Assembly (NCBI GenBank): GCA_965249575.1
Contig: OZ252244.1
Span: 1,088,001-1,152,000 of the forward strand
Length of the DNA stretch: 64,000 bases
From: Gemmatimonadales bacterium
Lineage (GTDB): Bacteria; Gemmatimonadota; Gemmatimonadetes; Gemmatimonadales; GWC2-71-9
Reading direction: 5' to 3'
In this document: piece after piece, positions 10,435 through 20,495 of the stretch
Numbering within the stretch: the first letter of the stretch is position 1
Layout of the letters: each line of letters starts with the position of its first letter
Program-made: the position numbers and the translations under genes
The notes under the pieces: generated by a model
Database searches by the model: none
What the model saw: only the letters and a program-made list of their open reading frames with translations
What the model was told of the DNA's origin: nothing

Positions 10435-10932
10435 ATGAACGCTGAACCGGTTCGGGATCTCATTCGCCGTGACCTCACTCCCGACCTGTATAACCAGATT
10501 CGCGAGGAGTGGAAGCGCCACTCGCTCGCGGAAGACAGACGGGACATCCCCGGGCTGATTTCGACACTGACCGACGACTGCGTGTACGAGGTAGTTCAGA
10601 CGGGTTATCGCTGGGAGAGACACCCGGGGGCCGTCCAGTTCTACACCGAGTTGCTGACGGCATTCCCCGACATCGATTTCGAGCTGACGGACATCGTCAT
10701 CGGGCCTCAAGGCGTATGCGAGGAAGCCAGGGCGACCGGCACCCACCTCCGCGATTGGCGAGATTTCCCGTCGACCAGTCGGCCCGTGATGTTCAGGGTC
10801 GTGATATTCTTTCCGTGGGACCTCGAACGGGAGAAATTCAGAGGTGAACGGATCTACTTCGACGTTGCGGCCGCGCTCGGTGGGAGTCCGCGTCCCGAGG
10901 ACGCCCAGGCTGACACGGGACCCCCAGCCTAG
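10435..10932 (+). CDS. SnoaL-like/ester cyclase family protein
   Basis: HSLAED, FYTELLTAFPD, TGTH, GERIYFD. Confidence 0.75.
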   Translation: MNAEPVRDLIRRDLTPDLYNQIREEWKRHSLAEDRRDIPGLISTLTDDCVYEVVQTGYRWERHPGAVQFYTELLTAFPDIDFELTDIVIGPQGVCEEARATGTHLRDWRDFPSTSRPVMFRVVIFFPWDLEREKFRGERIYFDVAAALGGSPRPEDAQADTGPPA

Positions 10933-11006
10933 GGTCGCTCCGGCGTGCCGGCTCCCGCATCGGGGTGACCGATCGCGCCACTCGCGCTCAACCTAGAGGA
11001 TCAGCC

Positions 11007-13184
11007 ATGCGTTTGCGCCAACAGCATCTGGGATTCGGGGGGCTCCTACTTGTCGTCGGGTGTGCAGGCGGGCCACCTCCCGGGGGAGTTGCACCGGCCG
11101 ACGAGGACCTCGGTCTGAGCCGTGACACCGAACGGGCGGCTTCGCAGCGTCCGCAGTTCGACACCACCATCACGCCGGGACGCTTTGACACCGGAAAGAT
11201 GTGGACCTTCGAGAACCCACCGCTCGACTATTTCGAAGCCACGTACGACTTCCGTCCGTCACCAGAGTGGCTCGACCACGTCAGGTTAGCCGCACTGCGG
11301 CTCCCCAATTGCAGTGCCTCATTCGTCTCGGCAAGCGGCCTGATGATGTCTAACCACCACTGCGCTCGGGATGGAGCGTCCGAGGTGACGCGGGATGGCG
11401 AGGATCTCCTCGAGGAAGGGTTCTACGCCGCGGACCGGAAGGACGAACGCCGAGTTCCCGGATTGCACGTCGATCAGCTCGTGGAGATTCGTAGCGTCAC
11501 CGAAGAGATTCGCACGGTAGTCGACCGGGTCGGCTCAGAGCGCGAGCGGATCCGCGCCCGCGACCGGAAGATCGAAGAGATCGAGAAACGCGTCAGCGAG
11601 GAAACCGGACACCGGTGCGAGGTGACCTCGCTCTACCATGGCGGCGCCTTTTCCCTCTACTGCTACCGGCGCTACGACGATGTCCGGCTCGTTTTCGTGC
11701 CGGAAAGCCAGATCGGATACTTCGGTGGTGACCCCGACAACTTTACGTACCCCCGCTACAACCTCGACGTGTCGTTCTTCCGAGTGTACGACGACGCCGG
11801 CTCCCCCGTCGAACCCGACGCCTACCTGCGCTGGGCCAGCGGCGGGGTTCGAGAGGGCGACGCGGTCTTCGTGGTCGGGAACCCCGGGTCGACCTCCAGG
11901 CTGAGCACAATGGCCCAGCTCCAATACAAACGGGATCATCAATATCCATCGACGCTGGATCTCCTGGAGAGCCGGGCCAACATACTCGAGCGCTACATGG
12001 AGGAGAACCCGGACAAACGCGCCGAGCACATCAACAATTATTTCAGCATCACCAACTCGCTCAAGGCGATCACCGGAGAACTGAAGGGGCTAAAGACCCC
12101 CGAGCTGCTCGGCAGGAAGGCCGCCTTCGAGCGCCAGTTTCGGCGGGCCGTTCGGGAAAACACTATGCTGTCGGACCGCTATGCCGGGGCCTGGGACTCC
12201 ATTGCCACGCTGCGGCGGCAGGTAGCACGCGTTGCACCACGGCTGAACGGACTGAATCAGGGCGGAATCCTGCGCTCGAAGGTCCTGGCGACCGCTGCTT
12301 CACTATATCAATACGCCGGCCTGGCACTGGACGAGGAGACACCCGACAGTGTTTTGCAGGAGGCGCGGAGCGAACTCGATACGACCACTATCGACCTCGA
12401 CCTCGACCGGCTCATCCTCAAGGCGCAGATCGAAGATGCCATCGAGTTGTTGGGGAGAGACGATGCCTTTGTCAGCCAAGCGCTCGCGGGCCGCCCGCTC
12501 GATGAGGCCGTTCAGAGCCTGCTGCGAAGCACACCCGTGGCCGATTCGACCCGGCGGGCAGCGCTCCTGGAAGAGCCCCAGAAAATCGTCTCGAGTCTCG
12601 ATCCGGCGATGCTGTTGGCTCGCGACGCCCTCTTTCAGCTCGGCAGGATCGCTGGGAGATACCGGCAGCTAACGGGGGCCGAAGAAGCTCAGACGGCCAG
12701 GCTCGCCCGGGCGCTGTTCGAAGTCTACGGCGATTCCATCGCGCCGGACGCCACCTTCACGCTGAGAATAGCAGACGGCGTGGTGGCGGGATACGAGTAC
12801 AACGGCACCGAGGCGCCGGCGCTTACCACGTTTTATGGCATTTACGATCGCAATCGGGGCCACCAGGCACAGGACCCATGGCATCTCCCCGCCCGGTGGC
12901 AGGACCCACCGGGCGGGTTTGACCTCGGAACGCCGCTCAACCTCGTTGTCACCAATGACATCATAGGTGGCAACTCCGGAAGTCCCCTTGTCAACACCGA
13001 CGGGGAGGTCGTGGGCCTCATTTTCGACGGCAACATCGAGAGCCTCCCGGGTGACTTCATTTACACCGATGAGACCGCCCGGGCAGTCGCCGTGCATGCG
13101 GAGGGCATCGCGTCCGCCCTCCGCGACGTCTACGGCGCGGAGGCACTGGTAGACGAGATCCTCTCCGGCGGAATGTCTCCCTGA
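11007..13184 (+). CDS. S46 family dipeptidyl peptidase (lipoprotein)
   Basis: lipobox VVGC; GKMWTF, NHHC, FGGDPDNFTYPR, PDATFTLR, DIIGGNSGSP, FDGN. Confidence 0.92.
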   Translation: MRLRQQHLGFGGLLLVVGCAGGPPPGGVAPADEDLGLSRDTERAASQRPQFDTTITPGRFDTGKMWTFENPPLDYFEATYDFRPSPEWLDHVRLAALRLPNCSASFVSASGLMMSNHHCARDGASEVTRDGEDLLEEGFYAADRKDERRVPGLHVDQLVEIRSVTEEIRTVVDRVGSERERIRARDRKIEEIEKRVSEETGHRCEVTSLYHGGAFSLYCYRRYDDVRLVFVPESQIGYFGGDPDNFTYPRYNLDVSFFRVYDDAGSPVEPDAYLRWASGGVREGDAVFVVGNPGSTSRLSTMAQLQYKRDHQYPSTLDLLESRANILERYMEENPDKRAEHINNYFSITNSLKAITGELKGLKTPELLGRKAAFERQFRRAVRENTMLSDRYAGAWDSIATLRRQVARVAPRLNGLNQGGILRSKVLATAASLYQYAGLALDEETPDSVLQEARSELDTTTIDLDLDRLILKAQIEDAIELLGRDDAFVSQALAGRPLDEAVQSLLRSTPVADSTRRAALLEEPQKIVSSLDPAMLLARDALFQLGRIAGRYRQLTGAEEAQTARLARALFEVYGDSIAPDATFTLRIADGVVAGYEYNGTEAPALTTFYGIYDRNRGHQAQDPWHLPARWQDPPGGFDLGTPLNLVVTNDIIGGNSGSPLVNTDGEVVGLIFDGNIESLPGDFIYTDETARAVAVHAEGIASALRDVYGAEALVDEILSGGMSP

Positions 13185-14278
13185 CCTCGCTCGACGGCGT
13201 CCCGACGCCGGCGCTCGTGCTCGATTTGGACGTGCTCGAGAAGAATCTGTCGGGCATGGCCGAGCGGGCCAAGAGCCTCGATGTCTCGCTCCGCCCCCAC
13301 GTGAAGACCCACAAGTGCGTGGAGGTAGCCGAACGCCAGCGGGCAATCGGGGCGACGGGTATTACCGTGTCCACACTCTACGAGGCCAAGACGTTCGCCG
13401 ATCACGGATTCGAGGACATCGTCTGGGCGTTTCCTGTCATTCTGGGGCGGATACCTGAGGCGGTCGCCTTGTCAGAGCGCGTCACCTTCACGCTGGTGAT
13501 CGATTCGCTTGAGGCGGTTGACGCGCTCGAGCAGACTCGCCGTCCGCTCAGGGTCAGGCTGAAAGTGGACAGTGGCTACCATCGGGCCGGCGTGGACCCC
13601 CGCTCTGAGGCGGCGCTCGAACTGGCGCGGCGCCTCGACGCCTCGACCACGCTCGCCTTCGATGGAATCCTCACCCACTCCGGCCATGCCTACCACGCGT
13701 CTCCCAGCAGTGAGGTCGCGCGGATCGCGGAGGAGGAGCGCGGTATCATGGCGACGTTCGCGGAGCGGCTGCGTTCCAACGGCATCGAGGTGCCTACAGT
13801 GAGCGTGGGATCTACCCCGGCAATGTCGACGGTCGGGGATCTGACCGGTGTCGACGAGGCCCGCCCAGGCAACTACGCACTCTACGACTACATGCAGACC
13901 GTCTTGGGCTCCTGCGCCACGACCGATTGCGCCGCGACAGTCATCGCCAGCGTAGTATCCAACCATCCCGACACGAATCACTGTGTCGTGGATGCTGGCG
14001 CGCTGGCACTCTCCAAGGATGCAGGCACAGAGTTGGCACCCCGCGCAACGATGGGCGAGATCTTCGAGAGTTACGGGGCCGGCTCGCTGCGGCGCGACGC
14101 CCGAGTCGTCTCGGTGAGCCAGGAGCATGGCACGGTCAGCGCGCCCCTCGCCGTGGGGACCCGGGTGCGAATCCTGCCCAATCACTCCTGCCTCACGGTA
14201 GCGCAGTTCGACGAGTACTACGTGGCTCGCGGCGACGAGATCGTAGATCGCTGGAAGGTGTGGAGGGGGCGGGACTGA
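13181..14278 (+). CDS. DSD1/D-threonine aldolase-like PLP enzyme (alanine racemase fold)
   Basis: TPALVLD, RPHVKTHK, GYHRAG, GSTP, EARPGNY, DAG..ALSKD, SQEHG, PNHSC; start may be CTG at 13181 (first canonical start is GTG 13217). Confidence 0.85.
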   Translation: MTSLDGVPTPALVLDLDVLEKNLSGMAERAKSLDVSLRPHVKTHKCVEVAERQRAIGATGITVSTLYEAKTFADHGFEDIVWAFPVILGRIPEAVALSERVTFTLVIDSLEAVDALEQTRRPLRVRLKVDSGYHRAGVDPRSEAALELARRLDASTTLAFDGILTHSGHAYHASPSSEVARIAEEERGIMATFAERLRSNGIEVPTVSVGSTPAMSTVGDLTGVDEARPGNYALYDYMQTVLGSCATTDCAATVIASVVSNHPDTNHCVVDAGALALSKDAGTELAPRATMGEIFESYGAGSLRRDARVVSVSQEHGTVSAPLAVGTRVRILPNHSCLTVAQFDEYYVARGDEIVDRWKVWRGRD

Positions 14279-14317
14279 AGTGAGTCGCGCTGACTGACGA
14301 GCGGCAGTGGGTGTTGC

Positions 14318-15544
14318 CTATTTTCGGCGGGCCTCCAACTCGGCTACCACGTCCTCGAGCGACAATTTGCGCGCACGTAGCTCGACGAGCACGTGATAGA
14401 GCACGTCGGCCGCCTCCCAGCGGGCGTGATCGCGTTCGGTAGCCTCCACTAACTCCTGAGCCTCTTCGAGGACCTTCCGGTGCCGGAGGTCCTGCTCCTC
14501 TAGCAGACGGCGCGTATAGCTGGATTCCGCGGCCCCACTCGCCCGTTTCGCGATCACGCCCTCCAACCCCTCGAGTGAAAACGGCCGGTCGCCGAAGCAT
14601 GACTCGGTGCCTCGGTGACACGCCGGCCCCGCCGGCTCCACGAGAAACAGGAGAGCGTCGCGATCGCAGTCCACCTCGACCCGAATCAAGCGCTGAGTGT
14701 TCCCCGACTCCTCCCCTTTACGCCAGCGACCCCGACGCCGGGAGAATAGGATTGTCTCCCCTAGCTCGACGGCCTCGACCAGCGTATCACGGCTCGAGTG
14801 CGCCACCGTCAGTACCCGCCCGTCCCGGGCGTCCTGAATTACCGTCGGGCATGCACCACCGCCTTTATCGAAATTGACGATCGCCGCGAGGCAGTCTGCC
14901 GGTTTCAGATAGCCCTTATACAGTGCCATGCCGACCTGGGCATCGACCCCCAGACGATCCAACGCCACGATCTCCTCCATGCTGGTGATACCGCCGGCGG
15001 CCGTCACGGGAAGGTCCGTAGCGCGGCGCAGGGCCTCGACCCGCTTCAGATCGGCCCCGCTCTCCGTGCCCTCACGCTCGACGATGGTGTAGAGAAAACC
15101 GGAGACGTACGGAGTGAGCCGCTGAGCTCGCTCGATGGGCGACTCGGCGAGTACGAATGTCCAGCCGCGGTCGACCACCTTGTCGTCGCGTGCGTCGACT
15201 GCCGCGAGAAGGCGTGCACTTGGGAGCTGCGACAAAAACTCCGGTTCCGCTTTGGTGCCAATCACCAGCTTCCGGGCACCAGCGCGGAGCAGCCGCTCGG
15301 CTCGGTCGATGGTACGTATCCCTCCTCCCACGCGGCAGGGCGCCACACCGCAGATCTCTTCGACCATCGTGAGGTTGTCACCGCTTCCGAGCGCAGCGTC
15401 CAGATCCACAACTGCGATCTCGCCGACACGTGAGAACTCCTCGGCGAGCTCCCGCGGATCGCGCTCGGAGGTCACGACCAGCTCCCGCCCTTGCCGCAGC
15501 TGAACCGCGCGGCCACCCGCGATGTCGATACTCGGGATCAGCAT
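14318..15544 (-). CDS. hisAIE: HisA-HisI-HisE fusion protein
   Basis: IPSID, VDLDAA, GGGIR, AGGI (HisA barrel); SRRRG.W.KGEESGN, DCDRD, ACHRGTESCF (HisI); SYT..L, KVLEEAQE, EAADVLYH (HisE). Confidence 0.88.
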   Translation of the reverse strand: MLIPSIDIAGGRAVQLRQGRELVVTSERDPRELAEEFSRVGEIAVVDLDAALGSGDNLTMVEEICGVAPCRVGGGIRTIDRAERLLRAGARKLVIGTKAEPEFLSQLPSARLLAAVDARDDKVVDRGWTFVLAESPIERAQRLTPYVSGFLYTIVEREGTESGADLKRVEALRRATDLPVTAAGGITSMEEIVALDRLGVDAQVGMALYKGYLKPADCLAAIVNFDKGGGACPTVIQDARDGRVLTVAHSSRDTLVEAVELGETILFSRRRGRWRKGEESGNTQRLIRVEVDCDRDALLFLVEPAGPACHRGTESCFGDRPFSLEGLEGVIAKRASGAAESSYTRRLLEEQDLRHRKVLEEAQELVEATERDHARWEAADVLYHVLVELRARKLSLEDVVAELEARRK

Positions 15545-16308
15545 AGCCTCACGTCTACGCCTCGTCGTACCAAGTACTCTTTCACGTCACGAACGGAGTA
15601 AGTGCCGTCGTGAAACATTCCGGCTCCCAGAGCCGCGGATGCCTTGCCCTCGACGAGGACTTGCCTGAAGTGGTCGGGGGTGCCGGCGCCCCCCGAAGCG
15701 ATGACCGGAATCGGCACTGCCTCCGCGATCCCGCGCGTGTAGGGAACGTCGAACCCCTCCCGCGTGCCATCCGCGTCGATGACGTTGAGCAAGATCTCGC
15801 CAGCGCCACACGCTACCGAGCGAATGGCGAACTCGAGCGCGTCGAGCGCTGTTTCCTCGCGTCCACCCCGCCGCGTCACCCTGCACCGCTCACTGTCCAC
15901 GTGGAGCGCGTCGATGGACAGAATGACCGCCTGGGAGCCCGCCCGCTCGGCAACCTTCCCCAACACGCCGGGATCGTGAGTCGCTGCGGAGCCAATCGAG
16001 ATCCGATCAGCTCCGGCATCGAGAAGTCGCAGGGCGTCCTCCCAACTGCGCACCCCCCCGCCAACCGAGAACGGGACGAACAGCTGCCGCGCGACCCGAC
16101 CGACCCAGTCGAGCCGCGTGCTTCGGCCTTCACCGGTGATCGCGGAGGCCTCGATATCCAGAAAACTGATCTCGTCCGCACCTTGATCGGCGTAGCGCGC
16201 CGCCAACTCGACGAGGTCGCCCTGATCCCTCAGGTTCTTGAACTTTGTCCCCTTCACGACGCGCCCGTTGGCCACGTCCAAGCACACGACGATGCGCGGC
16301 CAACTCAT
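15538..16308 (-). CDS. hisF: Imidazole glycerol phosphate synthase cyclase subunit
   Basis: RIVVCLDV..GRVVKG..F, GADEISFLDI, VGGGVR, GAGEILL..IDADGT, PVIASGGAG. Confidence 0.95.
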   Translation of the reverse strand: MSWPRIVVCLDVANGRVVKGTKFKNLRDQGDLVELAARYADQGADEISFLDIEASAITGEGRSTRLDWVGRVARQLFVPFSVGGGVRSWEDALRLLDAGADRISIGSAATHDPGVLGKVAERAGSQAVILSIDALHVDSERCRVTRRGGREETALDALEFAIRSVACGAGEILLNVIDADGTREGFDVPYTRGIAEAVPIPVIASGGAGTPDHFRQVLVEGKASAALGAGMFHDGTYSVRDVKEYLVRRGVDVRLC

Positions 16309-16901
16309 ACCCCCGCCTCACCACCCCCAAGGGTCCGTGCCAGGATCTCAAGCCCGAGCTTTCCGGAGCGCTCGGGGTGGAACTGAAATCCGAGCACGCT
16401 ACCCTCCTGGACGACCGCTGGGAAGGTCTCCCCCCACGTCGCCGTCGCCCGAACGGCACTCCGGTTTGCTGGCTCGACCACGAAGCTGTGCGCGAAATAA
16501 ACCGGGCTCTGCGTCCGACCCGCTGGGGCCCAGCCGAGGTGCGGGACCGGCAGCCCTCCCGACTCGATGCGGCGCACCCTCCCTGGTATGAGACCCAAGC
16601 CGGCGACACCCGGCGCCTCTTCGGATTCGGAGAGCAGAAGCTGCAGACCGATGCAGATACCGATGATTCGGCGGTCCGCGGCCGCGTCGCGAATCGCGCC
16701 AGCCACGCCCGAGGCCGAGAGATTGGCCATCGCCGTGCCGTAATTCCCGACCCCAGGAAGCAGAATCGGGCCCTCTGACGGGAGATCAGCCGGAGACCGG
16801 ATCAGCGTCTGAGGGATCCTCAGGCTTTCCAGCGCCCGGCGGGCATTCCCGAGATTGCCGGCGCCATAATCGATCACCGCCACCGGCGCCGCACCGCTCA
16901 T
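16305..16901 (-). CDS. hisH: Imidazole glycerol phosphate synthase amidotransferase subunit
   Basis: DYGAGNL, LPGVG, GICIGLQ, VPHLGW, YFAHSF, QFHPERSG. Confidence 0.95.
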   Translation of the reverse strand: MSGAAPVAVIDYGAGNLGNARRALESLRIPQTLIRSPADLPSEGPILLPGVGNYGTAMANLSASGVAGAIRDAAADRRIIGICIGLQLLLSESEEAPGVAGLGLIPGRVRRIESGGLPVPHLGWAPAGRTQSPVYFAHSFVVEPANRSAVRATATWGETFPAVVQEGSVLGFQFHPERSGKLGLEILARTLGGGEAGV

Positions 16902-17512
16902 TCCAACACGCCTTTGGTGCTGGGTACCACGCCCGCCCGGGCCGGATCGTATGACACCGCGTCCGCGAGCGCCCGCCCGGCGCTCTTGAACAGGGCCTCG
17001 ACCTTGTGATGTTCATTGTCACCGGCGTGCACCTTGAGGTGCCAGGCCGCACGACTTCCGTCAGCGACGGCTCGGAAGAACTCCGAGAGCAAATCGAGCT
17101 CCAAGTCGCCCTGACGCTCCTTTTCGAAGAGTGCCTCGAAGACGGAGTACGGCCGTCCCGATAGGTCCACTGCGCAGAACGCGAGTGCCTCGTCCATCGG
17201 AACGAACGCGCTGCCAAGCCGCCTGATGCCCTGGCGGTCTCCCAGCGCATCGCGGAGCGCCGCCCCCAGTGCGAGCCCGACGTCTTCGATCGTGTGGTGC
17301 TGGTCGACCTCGACATCTCCCTCGACCTCGAGTTCCATGTCGAGGTTGCCGTGGCGGCACATGGCGTCCAGCATATGGCCGAAGAACGGGATTGGCGTCG
17401 AGATCTTGGTTTGACCGCTGCCGTCGACCACAAGGCGCAGGTGGATCCGAGTCTCACCGGTCACTCGATCGACGACGGCCGTTCGTGTTTTCTTGATACG
17501 CCGTTTGGTCAT
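16898..17512 (-). CDS. hisB: Imidazoleglycerol-phosphate dehydratase (monofunctional)
   Basis: R.TGET, FFGHML, DQHHTIED, PMDEAL, DLSGRP, NEHHKVEALFK. Confidence 0.95.
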   Translation of the reverse strand: MTKRRIKKTRTAVVDRVTGETRIHLRLVVDGSGQTKISTPIPFFGHMLDAMCRHGNLDMELEVEGDVEVDQHHTIEDVGLALGAALRDALGDRQGIRRLGSAFVPMDEALAFCAVDLSGRPYSVFEALFEKERQGDLELDLLSEFFRAVADGSRAAWHLKVHAGDNEHHKVEALFKSAGRALADAVSYDPARAGVVPSTKGVLE

Positions 17513-19323
17513 TCGTTCTCCCTGGGCGTGGATGCCCGCTCCACCGCCACGCGCTGACGCAACGCCGCCGGAATCTCCCCAACGGATGACAGGACCGCTA
17601 AGGGCGCGTACCGGCGCAGGGCGGCGATTCGCCCGTCGACCGCACCGTATGGGGAATCGGCTGGGCAGATTCCGATGGTCGTGATGCCCGCCCGCCGGCC
17701 GGCGAGGAGGTCCGCGGCCGAATCGCCGGCGAGCCATGCAGACCGGACCCGCAGCTTGCGGAGCGCCGCTCGAATCGGTGCCGGATCGGGCTTTCGCTGG
17801 CGTACGTCGTCGGCGGTCACAACGGCGTCGAACCAGTTGCCGACGCCGGCGCCGTCCAGCGCTAGCTCCGCATCCCGGCGCGGGCGTCCTGTCACGATCC
17901 CGAGCCTGGCTCGAGCGGCCAGCCACTTGAGAGATCGTGCGGGAAGGAGCCACCGCTCTTTCGCGCGGAGGGCCGTCCGTCCGTTTCCTCCGTGATAGAG
18001 CGCGGTAAACCGCCGCTCGACCTCCGATCGGGGTGGCCGGACACCGAGCGCCCGCAGCGCGATACAGCTCGCGTCGATATCGTCGTTGGCGTCGACCCGG
18101 TTCTTCACGGCGAGCACTCGCTCTCGGGAAACGCCGGTCCCTTTTGCGAGAAAGCTCCTCACCGTCCGGTATACCGCCTCGTCGTAAGAGCGGCGAACGT
18201 CCACGAGCACACCGTCCATGTCGAAGAGGATCGCCTCGGGTAACGGCGCCAGCAGCAGCCGCACCTCGTCGAGCAGTCGGTCCACTTCGGCATCGGTGCC
18301 ACTGCTGACTCGCACGAATCCCGCCATCCCCGGCAGGTGGCTCCGATCGCGGATCGCCACTCCTCTCCGCTCGAGCGCCTCACACACCATACGCGCCCGC
18401 TCCGCCGATCCGAGGTCCGCGAGAACGAAATTTGCTCGGGTCTTCAAACACGGCACGTCGAGCGCCCGGATACCCTTTGAAAGCCTGCCGACCGATCGCT
18501 TGGCCTGGCGGACGGTCGCACGAACGTGGGCCTCATCTTCGAGCGCAGCCAGGCCTACCGCGACTGCGTGTACCGTCACGGGGTACGGCACGTTGATGCG
18601 GTGCAGGAGCTCGATCAAGCGAGCGTTTCCGATCAGGCCACCAATCCGCTCGCCGGCGAGGCCGAGCGCCTTCGAGAACGTCCGGGCGATCAAGACATTG
18701 GAAAGCCGCTTCGCGAGCGGCAGCACGCTGTCACCGTAGAACTCACCGTATGCCTCGTCGACCAGGAAGAGCACGTCGCTATGCCGCCGCGCTTCGCGCT
18801 CCAGGAACGCGCGGGACGGAGCTCGGCCGGTGGGATTGTCCGGATACCCCAGGATGACGAGCTTGGGTCGCGCCGATCGGTCTTTGAGCGCCGCCCGGAA
18901 CCCTGGCGACGGGAACGCGAACCCGTTTTCCCGACTGCACGGAACGGCGCGAACGCACGCATCCCGTCGGGCAGCCGCCCAGCCGTACAGCTCGAAGGAA
19001 GGCGCTGCCATAACACACACATCACTCGGACCCAGGACGAGCTCGGCTGCCAGGGCGATCGCGGGTCCCGACCCCGAGGTCAACACGACCTGGTCGGGAC
19101 GCACGCCAAGCCGCCTCGCCCACCGCTCCACGAGGGGACGTGTCTCGGGATATCGAGCGAGACGACTCGTGTCGAGAAGTCGTGCGGCTTCAGCGACCAG
19201 GGGAGAAGGCCCCAGCGGATTCTCGTTTCCGTCGAGGGCCACCGTCGCCCGGCCTTCAGAGAGCCGGCGATACGAAGGGAGAGCCTCCACAGCGGGCCGG
19301 ACCACTACCCCGCCACCCTTCAC
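17509..19323 (-). CDS. hisC: Histidinol-phosphate aminotransferase fused to a C-terminal HAD phosphatase
   Basis: NENP, RYP, PDNPTG, DEAYGEF, RTFSKALGLAGERIG; then FDMDGVLVD, TGR, KPDP, GDSAAD. Confidence 0.88.
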   Translation of the reverse strand: MKGGGVVVRPAVEALPSYRRLSEGRATVALDGNENPLGPSPLVAEAARLLDTSRLARYPETRPLVERWARRLGVRPDQVVLTSGSGPAIALAAELVLGPSDVCVMAAPSFELYGWAAARRDACVRAVPCSRENGFAFPSPGFRAALKDRSARPKLVILGYPDNPTGRAPSRAFLEREARRHSDVLFLVDEAYGEFYGDSVLPLAKRLSNVLIARTFSKALGLAGERIGGLIGNARLIELLHRINVPYPVTVHAVAVGLAALEDEAHVRATVRQAKRSVGRLSKGIRALDVPCLKTRANFVLADLGSAERARMVCEALERRGVAIRDRSHLPGMAGFVRVSSGTDAEVDRLLDEVRLLLAPLPEAILFDMDGVLVDVRRSYDEAVYRTVRSFLAKGTGVSRERVLAVKNRVDANDDIDASCIALRALGVRPPRSEVERRFTALYHGGNGRTALRAKERWLLPARSLKWLAARARLGIVTGRPRRDAELALDGAGVGNWFDAVVTADDVRQRKPDPAPIRAALRKLRVRSAWLAGDSAADLLAGRRAGITTIGICPADSPYGAVDGRIAALRRYAPLAVLSSVGEIPAALRQRVAVERASTPRENE

Positions 19324-20174
19324 GGGATCACCTTGCGGAGCGAGTACTCTAAGATGTCGCTTGCGCCGAGCTGCTTGAGTCGTGGCACGAGATCTGCGAC
19401 CGCGGCCTCAGGCACCGCAGCCTTGAGCATGTGCGACCCGTCGGCGAGCTCCGCGATCGTCGGGCTCTTCATTGCTGGAAGCAGCTCGATGATCTCTTGC
19501 AAGTTGTCATTGGCGACGTTCATCTCGAGCATGACACGGTTCCTCGCAGCCCGCACACCCTGCATGAGTAACATGAGGTCGTCGGCGAATTCCCGCACCT
19601 CCGTGCGCTCGAGCGACGACTCGCTAGCGATGAACCGGGTCGACGAAGCCAGCACCGTCTCGACCACTCGCAGCCCGTTTTCCTTCAAGGTCCGACCGGT
19701 TGCCGAATTGTCCAGGATGAGATCGGCGTCTTCGGGTGGGAAGACCTCGGTGGCCCCATAGGAACGAACGAACCGGTATTTCCAGCCCTTCTGTTCGAGG
19801 AACCGGCGAGCAATGTTCTCATATTCAGAAACGACGACTATGGGCTCGGTTCCCGACGGCGGCGCCCAGCCATGTGCGGCGGCAGCAACCAAGTGCACCG
19901 GTTCCAGCCCGAGATCATCGAGCTCGATGACGCGGGCACCGGTTTCGACGATCCAGTCATAACCGGTGAATCCGAGGTCGTGTCGCCCCAGCTCGACGAG
20001 CTGCGGGATGTTCTGCGCCTTGAGAACTTTGAACTCCAATCGGGGGTCGCTCGACCTGGGACGGTACGACCGCTCATATCCCGTCACGGACACGCCCGCT
20101 TGCCCGAGCAGCACGATGAGGGAATCGAACATCCGGCCCTTGGGGAGCGCGATCGTTATCGGGTTTGCGTCCAC
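19320..20174 (-). CDS. hisG: ATP phosphoribosyltransferase, long form
   Basis: IALPKGR, DLGFTGYD, SEY, GATE, ADLILD..ATGRTL..NGL, C-terminal regulatory domain PAMKSPT..GASDIL. Confidence 0.93.
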   Translation of the reverse strand: MDANPITIALPKGRMFDSLIVLLGQAGVSVTGYERSYRPRSSDPRLEFKVLKAQNIPQLVELGRHDLGFTGYDWIVETGARVIELDDLGLEPVHLVAAAAHGWAPPSGTEPIVVVSEYENIARRFLEQKGWKYRFVRSYGATEVFPPEDADLILDNSATGRTLKENGLRVVETVLASSTRFIASESSLERTEVREFADDLMLLMQGVRAARNRVMLEMNVANDNLQEIIELLPAMKSPTIAELADGSHMLKAAVPEAAVADLVPRLKQLGASDILEYSLRKVIP

Positions 20175-20267
20175 GATATCGCTGTTCCTGGCTCTAAAGG
20201 ATGGTGCCGCTGTCCGCGCCGACCTTCGGCGCACAAGGTTTCCGCCCCAGAGCGGGACCAGGCGCCC

Positions 20268-20303
20268 AAAAACGAAAACCCCCGGTCACGCGTGCCCCGG
20301 GGG
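20268..20303 (-). terminator. Attenuator terminator of the his leader
   Basis: CCCCCGG-N11-CCGGGGG followed by TTTTCGTTTTT, between the leader ORF and hisG. Confidence 0.85.
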
Positions 20304-20335
20304 AAGACTGGATCGCCTGTTTCGCGATGTCGTGG

Positions 20336-20431
20336 CTACAACGACGCACACGAGGCGGCCCTCATCCCGACCGGGGTCGATGGATGATGATGCCGCACAT
20401 GGTGGTTCGAACCGAGAACGATAGTCCCCAT
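20336..20431 (-). CDS. hisL: His operon leader peptide MGTIVLGSNHHVRHHHPSTPVGMRAASCASL
   Basis: 31-aa ORF with five clustered His codons directly upstream of the terminator and hisG. Confidence 0.8.
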   Translation of the reverse strand: MGTIVLGSNHHVRHHHPSTPVGMRAASCASL

Positions 20432-20442
20432 AACGTGTACAG

Positions 20443-20471
20443 AGAGTAATCGGCCGCGATTTAGCGGTCAA
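20443..20471 (-). promoter_or_regulatory. Sigma70-type promoter of the his leader
   Basis: TTGACC-17 bp-TACTCT, ending 11 nt before the leader ATG. Confidence 0.65.
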
Positions 20472-20495
20472 GGGTTTCCGGAGGACGCACGAAGG

